DNA from: Thermoanaerobaculia bacterium
Lineage (GTDB): Bacteria > Acidobacteriota > Thermoanaerobaculia > Gp7-AA8
NCBI GenBank assembly: GCA_035576005.1
Contig: DATLXH010000026.1
Span: 4,229-68,228, forward strand
Direction of reading: 5' to 3'
DNA length: 64,000 nucleotides
Notes under the pieces: generated by a model
Told to the model about the DNA's origin: nothing
What the model saw: only the letters and a program-made list of their open reading frames with translations
The model's database searches: none
Shown here: piece by piece, positions 42,476 to 52,157 of the stretch
Numbering within the stretch: the stretch's first letter is position 1
Layout: each line of letters starts with the position of its first letter
Program-made: the position numbers and the translations under genes

Positions 42476-44497
42476 TCACCAGACTTCGCAGCGTTTTGCC
42501 TCCGGACGAACCATCGCCGCGCCTTCCTTGCAGCCGAACGTCTTTGCAAAGTCGGGTAGATTCGCGACCGATCCGATGACCCGGTACTTCGCGACGGGAT
42601 GTGGATCGTTCTGAATCATCAGGCGCTGAGTCTCCGGCCGCGTTTCATCGCCTCGAAACTGACCCCAGGCAATGAAGAACTGTTGCGCCGGCGTCAAGCC
42701 ATCAATGACCGGAGCCGGGCGGGTCTGCTGCGCCTTCTGGAATGCCAGCCAGGCGATCTTTGCTCCCGCAAGATCGCCGATCGCTTCCCCTAGTACCAGC
42801 TTGCCATTGTGATGAATGCCAGGCTCGATGAAGTAGCTCTCGTATTGATCTGAGACGCACTGCGTCTTTTCCTGAAATCGTTTCAGGTCCTCTGCTGTCC
42901 ACCAGTTGTTCAGGTGGCCGGTAGCGTCGTATTTTGCTCCCTGATCGTCAAATCCGTGACTGATCTCGTGGCCTATCACGACGCCAATCGCACCGTAGTT
43001 GATGGCGTCCGCAGCGCGAACATCGAATGCCGGCGACTGAAGGATTCCGGCAGGAAAAACGATCTCGTTGAGCAGCGGATTGTAATAGGCGTTCGAGGTC
43101 GGTGGCGTCATCCCCCATCGAAGCCGGTCGACGGGCTTTCCGATCTGTGATCGATCGTCCGCCGTCGCGTGTTTGAGTCCTGCGACGACATTCTCCCAAT
43201 GCGAGGATCGCGCGATGGGTACGCGGCTGTAGTCGATCCAGCGGTCGGGATAGCCAACCTTTGGATTGAACGTTGCCAGCTTGGCCATGGCCTGCTTTTT
43301 TGTAGCGGGACTCATCCAGTCGAGGCCGCGGATGGTGTCGCCCATTGCGGAGAGCAGATTCTTCACCAGCTCCTGCATTTTCGCTTTGGCCTCGGGCGGG
43401 AAGTAGCGCTCGACGTACCGCTGTCCGAGAGCTTCTCCGAGGAGCGCATCGTCTGCTTCGACGCAACGCTTCCAGCGTGGTTTCATTTCTTTCTGTCCAC
43501 GCAGGAACTTTCCGTAGAATTCGAAGTCGGCCCGGGCTATCGTCTCGGACAGATGGTCGGCGGCGCCGTTGATGACGTTCCAGGCCAGATAGCTCTTCCA
43601 TGCGCGGAGAGGTGTCGATCGCAGCTCCCGTCCGACAGCGGCCATGAACAGTGGCTGGTCGATGTTGAGGTCGTCGTGCGGGACTGAGGCGCGGTCGAAA
43701 TAACGCGTCCAATCGAATCCCGGAGTCATCCGCTGAAGAGTGATGAGCCTGTGCTTGTGATCCGTGGATGCCGGGTCGCGAAGGGACACGTTGTCGAGTG
43801 AGGCTGCCGCAAGCCGTGTCTCCAGCGCAAAGACTGCATCGGCTGCGTTCCTGGCGGAGGCAGTGCTCGACCCGGTCAGCTCGAACATGCGCCCTACATG
43901 TTTCACATACTCCCGTCTGGCATCGGCGAATCGCTTATCGGGCTTGAAGTAATAATCGCGGTCGGGAAGTCCGAGACCGGAAGCGCTGACATTCGCAAGG
44001 ACTTGCGTAGGGTTGTGATTGTCCGGCGAAGATCTAACGGCGAACGGCGCGTAGATCTGAAGCTCGTGCAGATTTGCGATTGCGTCCTGTAACTCGTCCC
44101 GATTTCGGATGGCGCGGATTCTGGCTAGAAGTGGTTGTATTGGCTTGCTTCCAAGCTCGTCGATCCGCGACTGATCCATGCATGCGCCGTAAAAGTCACT
44201 GATCTGCTGGTCAATTGAGCCCGTGGGCCAGTCTTTCCGCCGCGAGGTTTCGTCGAGCAGTTCGCGAAGCTGATTCTTCGCCTGCTCTCCGGCCGCCCAG
44301 CGCCGGCTCCAGCGATTCATCGACGCCGGGATCGGATTCTCGCGCCGCCAGGCACCGTTTGCATAGTCGAAGAAGTCTGTGCAGGCGTCGATGTTCTTGT
44401 CGACGTCTTCGATGTACACCCCGCGCTCGTTCGGCGGTGTCTGCGCGGAGAGCGCCGTGGAGAAAAGGAAGGCCACAGTGATGAGGATGTTTCGCAT
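42476..44497 (-). CDS. Secreted M13-family zinc metallopeptidase (neprilysin/PepO-like)
   Basis: Signal peptide MRNILITVAFLFSTALSAQ. Zincin VIGHEISHGFD. C-terminal WGQFRG...E motif. Start trimmed by 171 codons. Confidence 0.85.
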   Translation of the reverse strand: MRNILITVAFLFSTALSAQTPPNERGVYIEDVDKNIDACTDFFDYANGAWRRENPIPASMNRWSRRWAAGEQAKNQLRELLDETSRRKDWPTGSIDQQISDFYGACMDQSRIDELGSKPIQPLLARIRAIRNRDELQDAIANLHELQIYAPFAVRSSPDNHNPTQVLANVSASGLGLPDRDYYFKPDKRFADARREYVKHVGRMFELTGSSTASARNAADAVFALETRLAAASLDNVSLRDPASTDHKHRLITLQRMTPGFDWTRYFDRASVPHDDLNIDQPLFMAAVGRELRSTPLRAWKSYLAWNVINGAADHLSETIARADFEFYGKFLRGQKEMKPRWKRCVEADDALLGEALGQRYVERYFPPEAKAKMQELVKNLLSAMGDTIRGLDWMSPATKKQAMAKLATFNPKVGYPDRWIDYSRVPIARSSHWENVVAGLKHATADDRSQIGKPVDRLRWGMTPPTSNAYYNPLLNEIVFPAGILQSPAFDVRAADAINYGAIGVVIGHEISHGFDDQGAKYDATGHLNNWWTAEDLKRFQEKTQCVSDQYESYFIEPGIHHNGKLVLGEAIGDLAGAKIAWLAFQKAQQTRPAPVIDGLTPAQQFFIAWGQFRGDETRPETQRLMIQNDPHPVAKYRVIGSVANLPDFAKTFGCKEGAAMVRPEAKRCEVW

Positions 44498-44539
44498 CAG
44501 GGGAGTATACGTCCGTCGTTCAGGGATGGCGGGAGCGGT

Positions 44540-44578
44540 TAGCCCGTGTCGCGGCAAAGGTCTGTGAGAAATGCGGGC
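44540..44578. repeat. Mini MITE derivative: left and right termini fused (ttAGCCCGTGTCGCGGCAAAGGTCTGTGAGAAATGCGGGCta)
   Basis: TA-flanked; carries both terminal motifs without the internal region. Confidence 0.55.
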
Positions 44579-44590
44579 TAGAATGGCAGC

Positions 44591-45163
44591 ATGGTTTCCG
44601 GTCTGACCGCGGGATTTCTGCTGGACCGCCAGTGGCACTGGCTGAGGGGTGAGATGGACCAGAGCAAGCGACCGGCACTCCTCACGCTTTGCCGGATTCT
44701 CGCCGATGAGCACGTCCCCTATGCCATCATCGGCGGGCTGGCTCTTCAGGTTCATCATCGGGAGCCTCGGACGACTCTCGATATCGACATAGCCGTGCTG
44801 AATCGAGAGACGATTCCGCGAGACGCTATGAGGGCCGCTGGGTTTGAATTCGGCGCAGTCTTGCGACACTCCGAACACTGGGCTGCAGCCGACGGAACTC
44901 CAGTGCAGTTCAGTGACGACCCTGTACTGGCCCACGCGGTAACAGAGGCGGTCGAGGTTGTTCTCGAGGGAGTGACACTGCGAGTGATCGCCGTGAAAGA
45001 CCTCCTCCACGAGAAGCTTCGAGCCGGATCTGATCCTGCTCGTCGACGGTCCAAGCGCCTCCAGGATCTGGCCGACGTTCAGTCCCTACTCGAAGAAGAT
45101 CCCGGTCTGGCTCACGAGCTCACAGAAACAGAGCAAGCCCTGCTCGATAAGCTCCCGCGTTGA
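44591..45163 (+). CDS. Putative minimal nucleotidyltransferase (Pol-beta superfamily) protein
   Basis: YAIIGGLALQVHHREPRTTLDIDIAV fits the hG[GS]-x(9-13)-DhDh NTase motif. No HEPN partner adjacent. Start uncertain (abuts MITE fragment). Confidence 0.4.
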   Translation: MVSGLTAGFLLDRQWHWLRGEMDQSKRPALLTLCRILADEHVPYAIIGGLALQVHHREPRTTLDIDIAVLNRETIPRDAMRAAGFEFGAVLRHSEHWAAADGTPVQFSDDPVLAHAVTEAVEVVLEGVTLRVIAVKDLLHEKLRAGSDPARRRSKRLQDLADVQSLLEEDPGLAHELTETEQALLDKLPR

Positions 45164-45186
45164 TCCAGGCGAAGCCCGGACCGGGA

Positions 45187-46473
45187 TTACCGGAGAATCG
45201 TCTCTTCCCTTCGTGGCCCTGTGGAAATGATTGAGACAGGTGTTTCCAGCTCATCTTCCACGAAGGCAATGTAGTCCTGCGCTTGCTGCGGCAGCTCCTC
45301 AAACGAGCCGGTGCCGACGGTTGAGCGTTGCCACCCTTTAAAAGCGCGATATTCAGGCCTGTAGTCGCCGTCGTTGACGCCGTAACGCGGGAAGGTCTTC
45401 ATGCTCGTACCTCGGACTTTGTAGCCGACGCAGACCTGGATCTCTTCCAGCTCATCGAAGACGTCGATCTTCGTCAATGCGATCTGGTCAATCCCGTTCA
45501 GCATCGCCGTGGTTCGCAAGATTGGGAGGTCGAGCCATCCGCAACGGCGGGGGCGTCCCGTGGTCGTGCCGTACTCATTTCCCCTGGCGCGGAGATGATC
45601 GCCTGTCTTGTCGAGCAGCTCGGTCGGGAAGGGGCCGCCGCCTACTCTGGTCGTGTATGCCTTTGCTACCGCGATCACACCGTTGATGTGACGCGGAGCA
45701 ACTCCGAGACCGGTTGAGATGCCACCGACGACGCAGTTTGAGGACGTGACATAGGGATAGGTTCCGTGATCGATGTCGAGCAGGGAGCCCTGCGCTCCTT
45801 CGAACATCACCTTCTTCCCGTCTCGGATGAGGTCGTTAATGAGTAACACAGTGTTCTCGACCATGCCGCCGAGGAGCTCACCGAAGCGGAGATACTGGTC
45901 GACCAGCTCTTGAGGATCGAAGCCTTCCTTGCCGTACACAGTCGTCAGAACCGAGTTCTTTTCCGAGCAGGCGAACTCGATCTTTTGCTTGAGAATCGCA
46001 GGGTCGAGCAGGTCCCCGATGCAGATTCCGTAACGGCTGACCTTCGTTTCGTACGCCGGGCCGATGCCTCGTCCCGTGGTTCCAATTTTCGCCTTGCCTG
46101 CGGATTCTTCACGCGCGACGTCGAGTGCTCGATGGTAGGGGAGGATGCAGTGCGCTGACTCGCTGATTTTGAGGTTTCCGTCGAACGTGACCCCGAGCTC
46201 GCCCAGGCTTTTCATCTCGTCGAGCAGTGCCTGGGGGTCGATCACCATCCCGTTGCCAAGGATGCAGAGTTTTCCCGGGTGGAGGATGCCGGAGGGAATC
46301 AGGTGGAGTGAGTAGTGCCGGTCGGCAAACTTCACTGTATGGCCGGCGTTGTGCCCGCCCTGGAATCTGGCGACGACGTCGAAGTGCTCGCAGAGAAGAT
46401 CGACGATCTTCCCTTTACCCTCGTCGCCCCACTGGGCACCTATGACAGCTACGTTCTGTCCTGGGAGTTTCAT
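45187..46473 (-). CDS. purA: Adenylosuccinate synthetase
   Basis: VAVIGAQWGDEGKGKIVD P-loop, GTTGRGIGPAY, GTTTGRPRRCGW. Confidence 0.95.
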   Translation of the reverse strand: MKLPGQNVAVIGAQWGDEGKGKIVDLLCEHFDVVARFQGGHNAGHTVKFADRHYSLHLIPSGILHPGKLCILGNGMVIDPQALLDEMKSLGELGVTFDGNLKISESAHCILPYHRALDVAREESAGKAKIGTTGRGIGPAYETKVSRYGICIGDLLDPAILKQKIEFACSEKNSVLTTVYGKEGFDPQELVDQYLRFGELLGGMVENTVLLINDLIRDGKKVMFEGAQGSLLDIDHGTYPYVTSSNCVVGGISTGLGVAPRHINGVIAVAKAYTTRVGGGPFPTELLDKTGDHLRARGNEYGTTTGRPRRCGWLDLPILRTTAMLNGIDQIALTKIDVFDELEEIQVCVGYKVRGTSMKTFPRYGVNDGDYRPEYRAFKGWQRSTVGTGSFEELPQQAQDYIAFVEDELETPVSIISTGPRREETILR

Positions 46474-46510
46474 GAGCGCGGGGAGCCTAGCATGTTTCGA
46501 CCGCCTCGCT

Positions 46511-46633
46511 GGCGAAGCCTTTGGAGTGCGGCAGCCGCAGCTGCCGCTTTCTGTGTCACTTCATGAAGCGGTTGATTCATCCGCGTTCGACTCAAAAGCG
46601 GCAGCTGCGGCTGCCGCACTCCAAAGCTTCGCC
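46511..46633. repeat. Family B nested palindromic repeat, copy d
   Basis: ggcgaagcctttggagtgcggcagccgcagctgccgcttt-43 bp-aaagcggcagctgcggctgccgcactccaaagcttcgcc. In the divergent purA/hutH intergenic region. Confidence 0.7.
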
Positions 46634-46822
46634 TCAGCCGGGCCGGAGCTTCGAGGGCCGCTCCGCTCCCAAAGCAGCGATCGGTCCATTGATGCACGAC
46701 CATGCACGCCATCTCGCCGCGATTTGCGACACACTTCAGTTGGGCTGTGAATCGATTGGATCGTTGCGACGTATGATTGTTTCGAGAGAGAGGGTCCCAG
46801 TGCCACGGAAGAGCCCGAACAA

Positions 46823-48340
46823 ATGAAAACGATCACGATCGACGGCTCGTCGATGACACTGAGCGACGTGCGCGCTGCTGCGTTCAGGGAAGTGAAGTTC
46901 CAACTCTCCGATGACGCAAGGCGGCGAATGAAGGCCTCCAGACTTCTCGTGGAAGAGATTACCGCGAAGGGGTCTCAGGTCTACGGGATCACGACAGGCT
47001 TCGGCGTCTTTTCGGATGTCGCCATCTCGCCTGACAAGACGCGAGAGCTTCAGCGGAATCTGGTTTTGTCTCACTGTGCTGGCGTTGGCGACCCGTACTC
47101 AATTGAAACTTCCAGAGCGATGATGATCCTCAGGGCGAATGCTCTGGCGAAGGGATACTCAGGCATCAGGCCGGAGATCGTCGACCTGCTGGTCATGCTG
47201 CATCGAGAGGACATTGTCCCGATCATTCCATCACAGGGATCTGTCGGCGCCTCGGGGGATCTGGCGCCACTGGCGCATCTGGCGAGCGTCCTGATTGGAG
47301 AGGGAACTGTCTGGCGTCGAGGGAAGAAGGTTGGGGCCATGGTCGCGCTGGAAGCCGCAAGGGTCTCGCCCGTCACGCTGGAAGCAAAGGAAGGTCTTGC
47401 GCTCATCAACGGGACCCAGGCGATTACGGCTCAGGGTGGGCTGGCCCTGCACAAAGCCTCCACTCTGTTGGATCTTGCAGATTTAGTCGGAGCGATGAGT
47501 CTCGACGCGCTGCTCGGTACGGATGCAGCATTCGATGAACGCGTTCATCTGGCGCGCCCGCACGCGGGACAACTTCATGTCGCTGCACACCTCCGAGGAC
47601 TGCTGGAAGGTAGCGGGTTACGAGAATCTCATCGCGACTGCGAGAGGGTACAGGATGCCTACTCACTGCGGTGCATGCCTCAGGTTCACGGCGCGGTACG
47701 CGATGCAGTAATGTTTGCCACGGCCACCATTGAGATTGAGATCAACTCGGCTACGGACAATCCGCTGATTTTCGCGGAGGAACATGCAGTGATCTCCGGC
47801 GGGAACTTTCATGGAGCCCCGGCGGCCCTGGCCTGTGACATCGCGGCCATCGCACTGACTGACCTCGCCTCGATCAGTGAGCGAAGAATCGAGCGACTGG
47901 TGAATCCCCAACTCTCGAACGGACTGCCGGCATTTCTAGTCAGGGACGGAGGGCTGAACAGCGGTTTCATGATTGCTCAGGTAACGGCCGCTGCTCTCGT
48001 CTCAGAGTGTCGAGCGTTCGCGCATCCGGCTTCTGTCGATTCGATCCCGACCTCGGCGAACAAAGAGGATCACGTCTCGATGGGTCCGATTGCATCGATG
48101 AAGCTGGCCAGGGTGGTAGAAAATGTCGCCGCCGTCCTTGCGATCGAGGCGATCTGCGCGGCACAGGCGATCGAGCTGCGGCGGCCGGTCACGAGCTCCC
48201 CTCGAATTGAGAAGGCGTTCGACGTCATTCGGACGCGCGTCCCATTCTGGGAAAGCGATCGGTACCTGCACGCAGACCTCACTGCGGCCATCGAGCTCCT
48301 TCCGGCGCTTCACAAACTGATGACTTCCAGAGGTTTTTAG
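46823..48340 (+). CDS. hutH: Histidine ammonia-lyase (MIO-dependent)
   Basis: MIO-forming GSVGASGDLAPLAHLA. Selectivity residues Ser-His in NLVLSHCAGVG indicate HAL rather than TAL/PAL. Confidence 0.85.
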   Translation: MKTITIDGSSMTLSDVRAAAFREVKFQLSDDARRRMKASRLLVEEITAKGSQVYGITTGFGVFSDVAISPDKTRELQRNLVLSHCAGVGDPYSIETSRAMMILRANALAKGYSGIRPEIVDLLVMLHREDIVPIIPSQGSVGASGDLAPLAHLASVLIGEGTVWRRGKKVGAMVALEAARVSPVTLEAKEGLALINGTQAITAQGGLALHKASTLLDLADLVGAMSLDALLGTDAAFDERVHLARPHAGQLHVAAHLRGLLEGSGLRESHRDCERVQDAYSLRCMPQVHGAVRDAVMFATATIEIEINSATDNPLIFAEEHAVISGGNFHGAPAALACDIAAIALTDLASISERRIERLVNPQLSNGLPAFLVRDGGLNSGFMIAQVTAAALVSECRAFAHPASVDSIPTSANKEDHVSMGPIASMKLARVVENVAAVLAIEAICAAQAIELRRPVTSSPRIEKAFDVIRTRVPFWESDRYLHADLTAAIELLPALHKLMTSRGF

Positions 48341-48354
48341 GGCTTTGTCGCCGT

Positions 48355-48537
48355 AGCCCGCATTTCTCACAGACCTTCGCCGCGAGACGACGGATAGCGG
48401 CCTGTCTCGTTCGTTACACGGCAATTTCGCTCCTCGACATAGTGTCGACTATGCCTTCGTCGCAAAATCGCCGTGCGCCTCGCATCCAGGCCACTCTCCG
48501 CCGTCTCACGACAAAGGTCTGTGAGAAATGCGGGCTA
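48355..48537. mobile_element. MITE-like element, short form (~183 bp), complete, TA-flanked
   Basis: cgTAGCCCGCATTTCTCACAGACCTTCGCC...GGCGAAGGTCTGTGAGAAATGCGGGCTAga, about 90% identical to 50956-51138. Confidence 0.8.
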
Positions 48538-48559
48538 GAAGACTTCATGGGCTTGGAAG

Positions 48560-49246
48560 TTGCCGGCTCCAGTGGGAAGATGGGCCCATGAAGCTGGCGA
48601 CGTTCTTCGGAGGTGTTCCATGGTTCCAGACGTAAGCAGGCCTACTTTGGATGGGGGACCGCCGCAATACGTTTCCATCGACGCCTTCGTCGAGGGAATC
48701 AGGGCGATCTCCGAAGGTGTGATCACCAAACCAATCGTTTCAGATTACCTTCAGAACAATGTCGTGAACCCGGCCGACTTTGAACGATTCAAGCATTGGG
48801 AGGCCGAGCGGCACACACGGAATCTCATCTTCCGAAATGAGATGATCGAGATCATGCTGATCTGCTGGAACATCGGCAACCAGACACCACTTCACACCCA
48901 CAACGGGCAGCTCGGCTGGATGGAAATGATCGAGGGGAAGTTGAAAGTGGAAAACTTCCGACACCTCGCGTGCAACAAGCCGGAGAATCAGGAAGTGGTG
49001 GGGCTCGATTGCCTCGCGGGCGCAACCTCAATTCAGATGGCGCACATTGACGACGAACTGGTCACTCCGGGCGGCGCACTGAATACGGTTGACAAGAATC
49101 ATACGATCCACAGGATCTCGAATCTTCCCGAGTGGAATGAGCGCGCGGTGAGTGTGCACATCTACTCTCGCCCGATCGACTCGTGTGTGGTCTTCGATCT
49201 CGACGCGCAGCGCTGTTACCGGCGCGATCTCAAGTACGATTTCTAG
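48560..49246 (+). CDS. Cupin-fold protein, cysteine-dioxygenase type I-like
   Basis: Cupin motif 1 GNQTPLHTHNGQLGWMEMIEG. Start uncertain. Confidence 0.45.
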   Translation: MPAPVGRWAHEAGDVLRRCSMVPDVSRPTLDGGPPQYVSIDAFVEGIRAISEGVITKPIVSDYLQNNVVNPADFERFKHWEAERHTRNLIFRNEMIEIMLICWNIGNQTPLHTHNGQLGWMEMIEGKLKVENFRHLACNKPENQEVVGLDCLAGATSIQMAHIDDELVTPGGALNTVDKNHTIHRISNLPEWNERAVSVHIYSRPIDSCVVFDLDAQRCYRRDLKYDF

Positions 49247-49290
49247 CCGGCTAGCCCGGCATCCTATGGAACTTCGGGCGTCTGCTGCCT

Positions 49291-49968
49291 TCACATAGCG
49301 CCTCGCTGGCGGAGCGACACGAAGCGATTCGCGCCGAGGATCAGGTGATCGGCGATCTCCACGCCGAGAAGTTTCCCGGCTTCAACAATCTTTCTGGTGA
49401 ACATGAGGTCTTCCGCGGACGGCGCAGGATCGCCGGACGGGTGATTGTGAAAAATGATCACAGACGCGGCGTTCTCGTCGAGGGCATGACGAAGCACATC
49501 GCGTGTCGATACTGTCGTTGCATTCAATGTCCCGACATAAATCTCCCGTTCGCGTATCACGCGATTCTTGGAATCGAGATAGACCGCGCCCAGACGCTCC
49601 TGCACATGATGCGAGTAGCGCGCGATGAGAGCAGGCGCGATTGAATCGGGACTCCTCACCGGGTCACCGACTCGGTCGGGAAGTGCGGCCAGTCTGCGTC
49701 CGATCTCGAGTGCAGCTGCGATACGCGCACACTTCGCCGCTCCTACACCGGCCACTCGCTTTCCCGACGTCCACTCTTTGCGGGAGAGTGAGATCAGTCC
49801 CTCAGAGAGCAGTTCGCGAGCGAGCTGAATTGAGCTCTTACCGGCAATCCCCGTCCCGAGAAGAATTGCGACCAGCTCGCTGTCCGAGAGGCTCGGTGCG
49901 CCGTGAAGGAGCATGCGTTCTCTGGGTCGTTCGTCAGTGGGAAGATCCGCAATCATGTTGTGCGTCAT
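49291..49968 (-). CDS. radC: RadC-family JAB/MPN-domain protein
   Basis: HHH N-terminal region; JAMM HNHPSGDPAPSAEDLMFTRKI. Confidence 0.85.
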   Translation of the reverse strand: MTHNMIADLPTDERPRERMLLHGAPSLSDSELVAILLGTGIAGKSSIQLARELLSEGLISLSRKEWTSGKRVAGVGAAKCARIAAALEIGRRLAALPDRVGDPVRSPDSIAPALIARYSHHVQERLGAVYLDSKNRVIREREIYVGTLNATTVSTRDVLRHALDENAASVIIFHNHPSGDPAPSAEDLMFTRKIVEAGKLLGVEIADHLILGANRFVSLRQRGAM

Positions 49969-50708
49969 TTGAGACCCCTCGAGATGGCGTGCACAAGGAG
50001 CGGGAGGGCCTGAGCTGCGGGAAGCTCGAGGGCGAAGTTCAGCAACGGACTGATTGCAGAAGCGACCGGATTGACTTCTACTGACAGCGAGCCTCGAAAG
50101 AGACTTACCAGCCCTGCAGCCGGCTGGACGACCCCGGAGGTTCCTACAACCAGCAGCAGCTCGGCGCCGGCTACTGCGTCCGCCGCGATCTCGAGGTGCT
50201 GAGGATCAAGTGCTTCGCCGAACCAGACGACGTCCGGTCTGAGGAGTGAACCGCAGCCGCAACGTGGGGGCAGTAGAGCGAACGCCTCTTCGGCAGGCAC
50301 GACCGTGCCCTCGCGGACGCAGCGCGCTCTGAAGAGATTTCCGTGTAGCTCCACCACATCATCCGAGCCTGCCCGTCCGTGGAGCCCATCAACATTCTGT
50401 GTAATCAGTGTCAGTTGTACTGCGGATATCCGAGCCAGCGCTGCCAGGGCCCGGTGCGCCTCATTTGGCAGGGCAGCTCGAATCAGGTTTCGCCGCCACT
50501 CATACCAGCGCCAGATCTGGAGAGGATTCCGTTCAAACGCCGAGGGCGTCGCGAGCTCCTCGGGACGAAGACCTTCCCAGAGGCCGCCAGCACCCCGAAA
50601 TGTTGGGATTCCACTTTCTGCTGAAACGCCGGCACCCGTCAGGACGGCCACCGCTCGAGGACGCGCCTTCTCGATCGCGAGGATTACTTCATAGATGCTG
50701 TTTGCCAT
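49965..50708 (-). CDS. cobB: NAD-dependent protein deacylase (Sir2/CobB family)
   Basis: VLTGAGVSAESGIPTFRGAGGLWE, CxxC...CxxC zinc ribbon (CRERCHGR..PHCGC). Start trimmed to MANSIYEV; upstream ORF extension covers a MITE. Confidence 0.8.
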   Translation of the reverse strand: MANSIYEVILAIEKARPRAVAVLTGAGVSAESGIPTFRGAGGLWEGLRPEELATPSAFERNPLQIWRWYEWRRNLIRAALPNEAHRALAALARISAVQLTLITQNVDGLHGRAGSDDVVELHGNLFRARCVREGTVVPAEEAFALLPPRCGCGSLLRPDVVWFGEALDPQHLEIAADAVAGAELLLVVGTSGVVQPAAGLVSLFRGSLSVEVNPVASAISPLLNFALELPAAQALPLLVHAISRGLK

Positions 50709-50955
50709 ACCGATTTTTTGTGGTTGCAGACCCGCGAGGAAGGTAGGGAATCGACGAGAGTGTCGAGTCGGAGAGCGGGTGTGCCGCAGAGGAGCGGCCG
50801 GTGGGCAAGCGGATCTTACAACAGGTGGGCGATGCTTTCGCTTTCTTATTCGACTCGAGATGTGGGCTTGTGGCGTGCGACCGACCCCGCTGGAGGCTTG
50901 TCGCCGAACGCCAGAAAGATCGGTGGTCGAAGCACCTGCGCTTCTTGAGTGGGCT

Positions 50956-51138
50956 AAGCCCGCATTTCTCACACTCCTTCTGCTGCGGCAGCGGATAGCG
51001 GCCTGTCTGCTTCGTTGCACGACGGTTTCGCTCCTCGACATAGTGTCAACTATGCCCTCGTCGCGAAACTGTCGTGCGCCTCGCATCCAGGCCACTCTCC
51101 GCTGCCTCGCAACGAAGGAGTGTGAGAAATGCGGGCTA
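50956..51138. mobile_element. MITE-like element, short form, complete, TA-flanked
   Basis: ctAAGCCCGCATTTCTCACA...TGTGAGAAATGCGGGCTAca. Between the cobB start and the 3' end of the surA-like gene. Confidence 0.8.
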
Positions 51139-52140
51139 CAGCGGCAGATTTTTCTCGTTCACCTGAACGAATGCATCTTTCCGAAGGCGTTCGATGTAGG
51201 CCTTGTAGTCGCGCTGGAACGTCTCCTCGCTCGCATCCTTTCGTAGACGATCTCTGACCGATTCGAACGAAGGTACTTCGGACGGGAGCCGCTCCTCGAC
51301 CTTGAGGATATGGATGCTGGACTTGAGCTCAACCGGACCAGCGATACCGGCACCATTGAGATTGAAGACGGCACTGTCGAGATCCGTCAGTAACTCCCCC
51401 CGCGCGATCTCTCCGAGCTCCCCTCCCTTCTCTTTGGTCGGTGACTCAGAGAGCTCCTTAGCCAATGTTTCGAATGTCTCGCCGGCGCGGACCCTTCTGG
51501 CAATGTCCTGAGCCTTGCTGCGCGCTGCAGCCAGGGCCGGAGCGCTGTCGTCTGCAGGCTTGAGGATGACGATTTCCCGCACTCTTGCGCGCTCGGGCAG
51601 GCGAAACTGATCGCGTTCCCTTGTGTATCGCTCTCGCAGCTCGCGGTCGTTCAGATCTTCGCGATTCCGGAGCTCTCTGGCAAAGACCTTGTTCGTGAGG
51701 AGGGAGTCTCGCAATCTTGACTCCATGTCGGCCCGAGTCATCCCCGACTTGCGAAGCGAATCGACGAACTGCTCATCGGTCTCGAGCCCGTACTGACCCT
51801 TGAGACGTTTGACCGCTTCGGCAATTTCCGCGGGTGAGACGCTGAGGCTGAGTCTGTCAGCTCGATCTTTGATCAGCATCTCATTGAGCATGTCGTCGAT
51901 AAGGGTCTTCCTGAGCTCGCTGCTCCGGCCCGCAACCTGGTCCGGTGGCAGAGACTGTCGCAGCTCGTTGAGGCCATCCTCCAGTCTCTTGACGTACTGA
52001 GAGCGGGTGATGATCCGGTCGCCTACCCTCGCTACGATGCTTTCGACCAGGTCGGCAGCGTGCGAAGAAGTCGCGATCAGGAGAGTGAGGGTGGCAACAG
52101 CTAGTTTAGTCATGCGTGAATTTCCTCGTCGCAGATTCAA
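51136..52140 (-). CDS. SurA-like periplasmic chaperone / parvulin-type PPIase
   Basis: Signal peptide, SurA N-domain, parvulin ARVREIVILK...GGELGEIARGEL. Confidence 0.7.
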   Translation of the reverse strand: MNLRRGNSRMTKLAVATLTLLIATSSHAADLVESIVARVGDRIITRSQYVKRLEDGLNELRQSLPPDQVAGRSSELRKTLIDDMLNEMLIKDRADRLSLSVSPAEIAEAVKRLKGQYGLETDEQFVDSLRKSGMTRADMESRLRDSLLTNKVFARELRNREDLNDRELRERYTRERDQFRLPERARVREIVILKPADDSAPALAAARSKAQDIARRVRAGETFETLAKELSESPTKEKGGELGEIARGELLTDLDSAVFNLNGAGIAGPVELKSSIHILKVEERLPSEVPSFESVRDRLRKDASEETFQRDYKAYIERLRKDAFVQVNEKNLPL

Positions 52141-52157
52141 CGGTGGCAGAGGGGTAA

